DNA of 64,000 bases from a bacterium (lineage in GTDB: Bacteria > Bdellovibrionota_C > UBA2361 > CALJRW01), in NCBI GenBank assembly GCA_031385045.1, contig JANNBC010000028.1, positions 1 to 64,000 of the forward strand. Reading direction: 5' to 3'. The position numbers and the translations under genes are program-made. The notes below the pieces were generated by a model. The model was not told where the DNA came from. It saw only the letters and a list, made by a program, of their open reading frames with translations, and ran no database searches. Of the stretch, positions 56,930-64,000 are shown piece after piece. Within the stretch, counting starts at the first letter, position 1. Each line of letters opens with the position of its first letter.

Positions 56930-58855
56930 TTAATCCTTCCATAAATTATTGGCAGCATACTTCAAGATTGTATCGATGCAATTCTCCGGATAGCCAATTC
57001 TCATTAGTTCTTCTACCATGCGTCCATATTTCTCCTGTTGATCGTCATCACGAGTACGAGACTTGGTGATAATTCTAGAAACATCCCGAACACTGCTCAT
57101 CAGCTTTTTCTCAATTGCTTCTTTTAGTGGCTCATAGCTTTGGTAAGAAACTTTTTCACCTTTACGACCGACTGACCAGAGGTAAGCAATGACTTCTTGT
57201 CTAAATCCATCACTGGCAGTTCCCACAATAGCAATCTGTTCCTCGATTGATTTAAGAAAAGCATCATCAGGTGCTAATTCCTCACCTGTATTGCGATCTT
57301 TTAGTTTTTTCTTATTCACATATGCTTCGGCATGATCCAAATAGTTTTGGAAGAGGCCTTCAGCTTGTTCTTGATAAGAATAGACAAATGCTTTGGTGAT
57401 TTCTTTTTCTAGAATCTGGAGATACTCTTTGTGAAGAGTGTCTTGTAAGAATTCTAAATATTTTTTTCTAATCTCATCGGACATGTCCGTTTCTTTAAGC
57501 ATTTGAATTAATGCTTCACGAACACTCAGTGGGTGGATACAGTTATCTTTAATATTATCAGAAAGAGCGTTATCCAAGGCCTTCATAATAAAGCGAGTGG
57601 AAATCCCGTCCATCCCTTCATCGCGAGCTTCTTCTTTTAACTCTTGGACATTGATCTTTTTAGTTCGACCTTTCTCAACTACTTCTTCACCATTATAAAG
57701 TTTTAGTTTAGTTAATAAATCACATTTATTAGTTGGCTCTAAGCGAGTAAGGATTGCAAACATGGAAGCGATTTCAATTGTATGGGGAGCCACCTGTGTT
57801 TTGAAATTCGACTTGCTAATGATCTTATTGTAAATTTTAACTTCTTCTGAAAGCCTTAAGTTGTAGGGAACTTTAACCGTGACAATCCGATCTAGAATTG
57901 CTTCGTTGGTGTGATCACTTTTAAACTTTTTCCACTCAGCTTCATTGGAGTGAGCAACAATACAAGTATCTACATAAATCATTCCGTGACGACCTGGGGC
58001 AGGGATATGCTTCTCTTGGGTCGCTGTAATCATAGCGTGGAGGTACTCCGTTTCGTTCTTAAAGACCTCAATAAATTCCACCATTCCACGGTTACCAACG
58101 TTTAGCGCTCCAGATAGATCTAGAACTCGTGGATCACCTTCCGAGTATTTATCAAGTTTAGAGATATCTTCACCACCAATTAGCACACTGGTATCTTGGT
58201 TATTTGGATCTACTGGAGGCACAACTCCGATCCCACGTTTACTGCGAATACTATAAGAAAAAGTTTTAACAGGCACATCTTCCCATTTATCATCATATTC
58301 AGTTCTTAAATGATATCGGCAAACAGGGCATAGATCGCCCTCAATGTTTACTCCCAACATTTTACTAAACTCCTTACGCAGATGTCGGGGAATTAAGTGC
58401 AGAGGTTCCTCAAACATTGGGCAATCAGCAATCGCATAAAAAGGTGGAAGTTGTTCGAGACTTTGTTTTAAACGCTCTACCAGTGAGCTCTTTCCTGATC
58501 CTACAGGTCCTACTAGGTAAAGTACCTGACGACTTTCTTCCCCGCGAAGAGCCGCTGAGTGGAAGTAACGGACAATCTGATTAAGCGTCTTATCCATTCC
58601 ATAAAATTCATCAAAGAATTCAAAGGTTTTAAGGGTATTGCCTTTGAAGAGGCGACGAAGGCGGGGGTGATCATCTAAAAGGATTTCATCAACGCCATTG
58701 CTAACAATCGATTGATACATCCGCTCATGGGCTAGTTTATAGATACTGGGGTCTTTTTTGATTAATTCGAGATATTCAAGGCAAGTGCCTGACCAAGAGT
58801 ATTTTTCATGGGTTTCACGGTCTTTAGCAATCAGTTTCTTGAATTCTTCCACCAT
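56930..58855 (-). CDS. prkA: PrkA/YeaG AAA+ protein / serine kinase
   Basis: GPVGSGKS, NRGMVEFIEVFK, NEAILDR, GISTRF. Confidence 0.95.
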   Translation of the reverse strand: MVEEFKKLIAKDRETHEKYSWSGTCLEYLELIKKDPSIYKLAHERMYQSIVSNGVDEILLDDHPRLRRLFKGNTLKTFEFFDEFYGMDKTLNQIVRYFHSAALRGEESRQVLYLVGPVGSGKSSLVERLKQSLEQLPPFYAIADCPMFEEPLHLIPRHLRKEFSKMLGVNIEGDLCPVCRYHLRTEYDDKWEDVPVKTFSYSIRSKRGIGVVPPVDPNNQDTSVLIGGEDISKLDKYSEGDPRVLDLSGALNVGNRGMVEFIEVFKNETEYLHAMITATQEKHIPAPGRHGMIYVDTCIVAHSNEAEWKKFKSDHTNEAILDRIVTVKVPYNLRLSEEVKIYNKIISKSNFKTQVAPHTIEIASMFAILTRLEPTNKCDLLTKLKLYNGEEVVEKGRTKKINVQELKEEARDEGMDGISTRFIMKALDNALSDNIKDNCIHPLSVREALIQMLKETDMSDEIRKKYLEFLQDTLHKEYLQILEKEITKAFVYSYQEQAEGLFQNYLDHAEAYVNKKKLKDRNTGEELAPDDAFLKSIEEQIAIVGTASDGFRQEVIAYLWSVGRKGEKVSYQSYEPLKEAIEKKLMSSVRDVSRIITKSRTRDDDQQEKYGRMVEELMRIGYPENCIDTILKYAANNLWKD

Positions 58856-59059
58856 AAAGTCTCCTTAATGTCTGAGTAGTCGTCTGGAACTGCTAAAAAC
58901 TTAATAGTAGGTACTATTTCGTAATTAATATAATTGTAACTGTTTGGATATCGGGACGCAATGATATGATTCAGCTTGTTTTGTAAAAAAGTAACTATTT
59001 TTTGCTGAAATCAGGAAAATTTACTATAAAGATTACCTATTGGTTTTTGAGATAACGGT

Positions 59060-60433
59060 ATGTTTGATAAGTTTAAAGAAGAATGTGGACTAATGGCCCT
59101 TTGGAACGTACCTGAGGCTGCTAACTTAGCATACCTTGGTCTCTATGCTCAGCAACATCGTGGGCAGGAAGGGGCAGGGGTTGTTTCTTTAGATCGTGAA
59201 AGTGGAAAGTTCTGTGTTCATCGTGGACTTGGCTTGGTTAATGAAGTTTTTGCTAACTATGATTTCTCTCAGCTCGTTGGGCGGGCTGCAATTGGACATG
59301 TTCGTTACACTACAGCAGGTGGGAATCAATTAACAAATGTTCAGCCGTTTTTCTCCGAAGTTTCTACGGGAAATGTAGCCATCGCTCATAATGGTAATTT
59401 AGTTAATGCCGAAGCACTTAAAAAGAACTTAATCGCCGAAGGTTCCATTTTTCATACAACTTCAGATACTGAAGTTATCTTGCACTTAATTGCCCAGGGT
59501 AAAAATAAAACGGCTCGACGAGAATTAATTTTTAATGCGATTAAGGAAATTAAAGGGGCATATTCTTTAGTAATTTTATTTGATGATTCATTATTCTTAA
59601 TCCGTGATCCAAATGGTTTCCGACCACTTTCAATTGCAAAATTAGGGGAGGGATATGTTGCTGCTTCAGAAACATGCGCTTTTGATTTAATTGGAGCTGA
59701 CTTTCTACGTGATGTAGAAGTTGGTGAGGTAGTCGAGATTGATCGCGATGGCAAGATGACATCACACTTTCCTTTTGGAAAGACCAAGCAGTCACCATGT
59801 ATTTTTGAGTACGTTTATTTTGCTAGACCTGATTCTCAGGTCTACGGAAAAAATGTTTATGGTCGTCGCAAGGCAATGGGACGTAAGTTAGCGCAGGAGC
59901 ATCCGGTAGAGGCTGATGTTGTGATCGCTGTGCCAGATTCTGGAGTTCCCGCTGCCATGGGTTATGCCGAAGAATCAAAAATTCCTTTTGAACTAGGACT
60001 AATTCGTAATCATTACATCGGGCGAACATTTATTGAGCCGCAACAAGCGATTCGTGATTTTGGGGTTAAGATCAAACTCAATTCGAATCGTGATTGTTTG
60101 GAAGGCAAAAAGGTTATTGTTGTTGATGATTCCATCGTCCGTGGAACAACTAGTCGCAAATTAGTTAAAATGTTGCGAGATGCTGGTGCTAAAGAAGTTC
60201 ACTTAAGAATCTCTGCTCCTCCAACAACAGATCCTTGTTACTATGGAATCGATACTCCAGAAAAATCTCAATTAATTGCCTCACATAATGACATCGAGCA
60301 GATTCGTCAGTACTTAGATGTTGATAGCCTAGGATATTTAAGCCAAGCAGGTCTCTATGAATCTGTGGAAGCAGAAGAAGGAACTTTCTGTGATGCTTGC
60401 TTCTCGGGGAATTATCCGATTAAGCCCGCTTAG
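59060..60433 (+). CDS. purF: Amidophosphoribosyltransferase
   Basis: EECG propeptide, QHRGQEGAG, HNGN, VDDSIVRGTTS, Fe-S Cys (CDAC). Confidence 0.98.
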   Translation: MFDKFKEECGLMALWNVPEAANLAYLGLYAQQHRGQEGAGVVSLDRESGKFCVHRGLGLVNEVFANYDFSQLVGRAAIGHVRYTTAGGNQLTNVQPFFSEVSTGNVAIAHNGNLVNAEALKKNLIAEGSIFHTTSDTEVILHLIAQGKNKTARRELIFNAIKEIKGAYSLVILFDDSLFLIRDPNGFRPLSIAKLGEGYVAASETCAFDLIGADFLRDVEVGEVVEIDRDGKMTSHFPFGKTKQSPCIFEYVYFARPDSQVYGKNVYGRRKAMGRKLAQEHPVEADVVIAVPDSGVPAAMGYAEESKIPFELGLIRNHYIGRTFIEPQQAIRDFGVKIKLNSNRDCLEGKKVIVVDDSIVRGTTSRKLVKMLRDAGAKEVHLRISAPPTTDPCYYGIDTPEKSQLIASHNDIEQIRQYLDVDSLGYLSQAGLYESVEAEEGTFCDACFSGNYPIKPA

Positions 60434-60495
60434 TTCGTTTTAAGATTGCAAAGTCCAAAATAATCTTAACTACAGCACTGGTTCATATTCCAAGC

Positions 60496-62025
60496 TTAAG
60501 AAAATGGAGTAGTTCTTTTCCAGTAACACTTCTCGCGCTGATAATTTTTATAGATAAATCCAAGGGTCTTCCCTTTGAAAATCCTAAAAATATCATTTCC
60601 AATCAGTAAATATTTAACTTTTTGTTTATTTAAAAGTTGAGGATAGGAATTTTGACTGTAAATATCTTGATTGGTAATCTCTTCGTAAATTCGCATGGCG
60701 GGTTGATAGTTAATAATCATAGGGGAGGCGCTTCTTACAAATCCAAAACCGGGACAAGGGTTAGTAAACTCTTCCACGGTATAATCCGCTTGATTGTCAT
60801 AATTAATTCTTTGGTAGTTATCTTCTAAATATTTAAAATATTGTTTGTTGGGGTTTTGGAAATTTATTAAATGACGCCAAGAAAAATATGAAATAACTAC
60901 TAAGCAAAGAAGTGTACTAAAAATTTGCAGGGTATTGTGAGGAAGATATGGAGTATTAATTTTTTGTAGAATGCAATCTATACAACTCCAAGCTACCCAA
61001 CTAGCTAGAGTAGATAATAAGACCATAAAAATCAGATCGTATTGGAGCCAGAGACCAAAAATTTTACCAAGTAGGAGTCCAATGATTGTGCTTAAAAGTA
61101 AGAATCTGTTTTCTCTGTTAAGCGTATCTTTCTTTTTGCAGGTTAAACCCCAAATGAACAATGATCCTAATAAAGAACCACAAATCAGCCAATCATACTT
61201 AAAAAGGATCTGGTAAGTAAATTCCCATGAGCGTTCTTTTTCAGGGCTAAAAGCAAGTAAGAAGTTAAAGATTAAATTAGATTGTAAGTATCCCTTTAGG
61301 TTGCCAATGCAATACATTATTAGCAAAACCGTTAAGAAGGTTAGGCTTAGCCCCAATAGAAAATTTTGTAATAGCTTAGCAATCTTTTTTTGATCCTTAA
61401 ACTTAAAATAAATAATTGTAATCCCAGCTAATAAACCAATTAGCCCAGAGGCAGACTTTAAATTAGTAAGTAGCATTAGAGTGAAAAAGAATCCGCTAAC
61501 TATGGCTAGTATACTTCGCTTTGACTGATAGGCATAAAAAAAGGCAAGTAGTCCCAAGTTCAAAAAAAGTCCTTGCAATTGATCGGGCCTAATTTGAATA
61601 GTAATAAAAAATAAATATGAGCAAATTAGTAGGAAGGGGGCGAGGATGGTAGCAGATGCTTTCTTAGTTAAGTAATAAATTATTTCAAAACATGAAATGA
61701 AATTAAGTGCGAGGAGTATTAAATTAAAAAAACGCAGCGCGTAAAGTGCCTCTAGTCCTGCTTTTGGTTGAAATAGGTAAAGAAAGAGCGCATTTGCTAA
61801 TGTATAGATTGGCCCGTGGTTATCAAAGATATCCTTGTAAACCAAATAGTTAAAATTAACGCTTGCCCAAGCAAGATATGTATGTTGAAACTCATCTTGA
61901 TTAAAGGCTTTAGTTAGAGCTCCATAAATATAGAACCCAGCGGAAGCTGATAAAATTAATAAATAGTACAGCAAGCGAATGGCTGGGCGGTTTAAATTAG
62001 CTCTCTTAAGAATATTACTTACCAT
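60496..62025 (-). CDS. GT-C (ArnT-like) membrane protein
   Basis: QDE, YKDIFDNHGP, IRPD; many TMs. Confidence 0.7.
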   Translation of the reverse strand: MVSNILKRANLNRPAIRLLYYLLILSASAGFYIYGALTKAFNQDEFQHTYLAWASVNFNYLVYKDIFDNHGPIYTLANALFLYLFQPKAGLEALYALRFFNLILLALNFISCFEIIYYLTKKASATILAPFLLICSYLFFITIQIRPDQLQGLFLNLGLLAFFYAYQSKRSILAIVSGFFFTLMLLTNLKSASGLIGLLAGITIIYFKFKDQKKIAKLLQNFLLGLSLTFLTVLLIMYCIGNLKGYLQSNLIFNFLLAFSPEKERSWEFTYQILFKYDWLICGSLLGSLFIWGLTCKKKDTLNRENRFLLLSTIIGLLLGKIFGLWLQYDLIFMVLLSTLASWVAWSCIDCILQKINTPYLPHNTLQIFSTLLCLVVISYFSWRHLINFQNPNKQYFKYLEDNYQRINYDNQADYTVEEFTNPCPGFGFVRSASPMIINYQPAMRIYEEITNQDIYSQNSYPQLLNKQKVKYLLIGNDIFRIFKGKTLGFIYKNYQREKCYWKRTTPFS

Positions 62026-62222
62026 CTGAATTAAATTTGTAGGATCAACTTTTCTTATAGTTTAAAAGCCAGTTCAGGTTAAGTCTAGATGGTTTCTGTT
62101 GATGTACTCGATTTTTAAAGTTTCCGTTCTAAGAGCTAGTAGGATTTAATTTTTACTACAATGTCTATAAATCAATATTCTGATAGTCTTGGTCGCCAGT
62201 CCTTTGGCAGTCAGGAAAATTT

Positions 62223-62670
62223 TGGAAATTTATTATCTCCTACCAAGCCCTGCAGATTTTAAATGATTGGGTTCCAAATGACCGCCTAAAGTTACACAGG
62301 AAGCAAGTCGCTGCAAATATGTTTGCCTGGGCTAAAGAAATAGAGAAGCTTGATGAGTTGAAAGTGGGAATTGACAGGACTCCTACACGACGCCGATTGG
62401 GAAAAAGATCCAGCAGAGCATTGTCGGGTGATTATTGAAGAATTAGAAAGTCAAAAAATTGATCCCGAGGTTATTCGCTGCATAGCTTGCCATAGTTCGA
62501 TGTATTTTGGCGTTGAGCCCGAGACTAAAATGGAAAAAATGATTTATGTTTTTGATGAGCTCTCCGGATTAATTCATGCTACGGCACTAATTCGTCCCGT
62601 AAAGTACGAGGGGATGAATCTAAAATGGAGGCAAGCCAATAAATTATTAATCCTAAAAAATAATTATTGA
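62223..62670 (+). pseudogene. Frameshifted and truncated HDIG-domain hydrolase
   Basis: One frame reads QALQILNDWVPNDRLKLHRKQVAANMFAWAK; after a shift near 62360 another reads WELTGLLHDADWE..DELSGLI; the family C-terminus is absent. Confidence 0.7.
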
Positions 62671-63075
62671 TTTTTTAAAAAGTTTTTTAACATTAAGCTA
62701 GTGGTAAAGCTTTTTTATCTTTTTCTAAATTCTCAAACCTTAAGTCAATATTTCAGTAAAATTCGATAGGGTGTGAAGAGGCTCTCTCCGTTACGATTTT
62801 CAAATTTGATTGCTATTTCGAGAAATCATCCCCTTGGAACTAGCCGCCAATATTTTAGGAATAAATAAATCGTATCTCCACTTGCTAGGCTTCTAAGTGT
62901 TTAATATGAAAGGAAGTTCTAGTCATGACCGAGATCATACCTAGTTTTTTTTAAATCTGCGATCTTACTCCTACAATTTATATAATTATTTGGAATGATT
63001 TTTTGAAGCTTAGAAAGAATACAGAAAATTATTCTTAAAAGTCTAACTAATCATTAATTAAAAAAGGAAATAAAC

Positions 63076-63657
63076 ATGAAAAATATCGCAGTCTACGGAA
63101 TTTATTCAAATGAACAAAAAGTTCAACCAGCTGTTAATACACTTACAGCTGCAGGATTTAGACACGCAGACATTTCTGTTTTGATGTCAGATCGTCAGTC
63201 TACTAAGGAGTTCGCCCATGAAAATAGTACAAAAGCTCCTGAAGGTGCAACTACTGGCGTGGTAACTGGTGGCAGTATTGGAGGAATGATTGGTTGGTTC
63301 GCTGGAATCGGTTCGTTAGCTATTCCTGGAGTTGGTCCGTTAATTGCAGCTGGCCCGATCCTAGGTATGTTAGCTGGTGCCGGAGCTGGTGGTGCTCTTG
63401 GGGGATTAGCTGGCGCGTTAATTGGTTATGGAATTCCAGAGTACGAAGCTAAGAGATATGAAGGTCATATTAATGATGGCGGAGTTTTAGTATCGGTACA
63501 TGCTGATGATTCTGAATGGGCTGCAAAAGCTGAGCAAATCTTAGAAGATACTGGAGCCGATGATATTGGAAAAAAAACAGAAGCTAATGCTGAAAAGTCT
63601 AAAACTTCAGAGAAAAGTTCTTGTCATTCCAACAGCGCTAATTCAACAACTCTATAA
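63076..63657 (+). CDS. General stress protein with glycine zipper (YflT/DUF3341-like)
   Basis: RBS aagga; GIPEYEAKRYE..GGVLVSVH; GxxxG repeats. Confidence 0.75.
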   Translation: MKNIAVYGIYSNEQKVQPAVNTLTAAGFRHADISVLMSDRQSTKEFAHENSTKAPEGATTGVVTGGSIGGMIGWFAGIGSLAIPGVGPLIAAGPILGMLAGAGAGGALGGLAGALIGYGIPEYEAKRYEGHINDGGVLVSVHADDSEWAAKAEQILEDTGADDIGKKTEANAEKSKTSEKSSCHSNSANSTTL

Positions 63658-63675
63658 TTATTAAAAGAAAATAAA

Positions 63676-64000
63676 ATGAGCAAAATTAAAACATTAAATG
63701 ATGTATTTATCGACGAATTAAAAGACCTTTACAGTGCTGAAAAGCAACTGATTAATGCTCTTCCAAAAATGAAAAAAAAGGCTTCCAGTGCTAAATTGCA
63801 AGCAGTCTTTGCTGCTCACTTGGAGGAAACTAAAGTTCATGAAGAACGTCTTTTGAAAATTGAAAGCTTACTGGATATCAATTTATCTGGAAAAACTTGC
63901 AAGGCCATGAAAGGTCTAATTGAGGAAGGAAAGGAAGTATTGGAGGAAGAATCTGATAATGAAGCATTAATTGATGCTTTGTTAATTGGTGCTGCAAGTC
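63676..64000 (+). CDS. yciF: YciE/YciF (DUF892) ferritin-like protein, truncated by the window end
   Basis: Own translation: MSKIKTLNDVFIDELKDLYSAEKQLINALPKM..HLEET..CKAMKGLIEE. Confidence 0.88.
   Translation, partial: MSKIKTLNDVFIDELKDLYSAEKQLINALPKMKKKASSAKLQAVFAAHLEETKVHEERLLKIESLLDINLSGKTCKAMKGLIEEGKEVLEEESDNEALIDALLIGAAS

Noticed and set aside
58948..58977. Sigma28-like promoter upstream of prkA (CCGATA on the minus strand)
   Set aside because: The -35 element matches poorly.

Overview
AT-rich bacterial chromosome segment. The gene content (Geobacter-type PutA halves, DUF4390-NtrY, GTP-dependent PEPCK, PrkA-YeaH-SpoVR) suggests a deltaproteobacteria/Bdellovibrionota-like lineage, which is inference only. 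The standout region is 422-10372, a compact, intact and highly divergent type III secretion-like locus: two FHA proteins, SctJ, a small unknown protein, SctQ, SctR/S/T, a SctU lacking its cytoplasmic NPTH domain, and a small protein/TPR chaperone pair. It is followed by two divergent FliA/sigma28-like sigma factors and a candidate secreted or anti-sigma protein. No SctV, SctN, SctC or needle gene is recognisable in the window, and the export-gate Met and Gln motifs are replaced. Sigma28-type promoters occur inside the locus and upstream of a distant type IV pilin. The remainder is mostly housekeeping and envelope genes (rdgB, trmL, fpr, split putA, map, PBP1b, yebC-ruvA, pckG, ruvB, pgsA, an unusual smc, ftsY, panB, MBOAT/AlgX, three GT-C proteins, prkA operon, purF). 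There are also several orphan proteins, an HD-domain pseudogene and several families of dispersed palindromic intergenic elements. No tRNA, rRNA, CRISPR array or transposase was recognised. All family assignments come from motif recognition by eye, not database searches.
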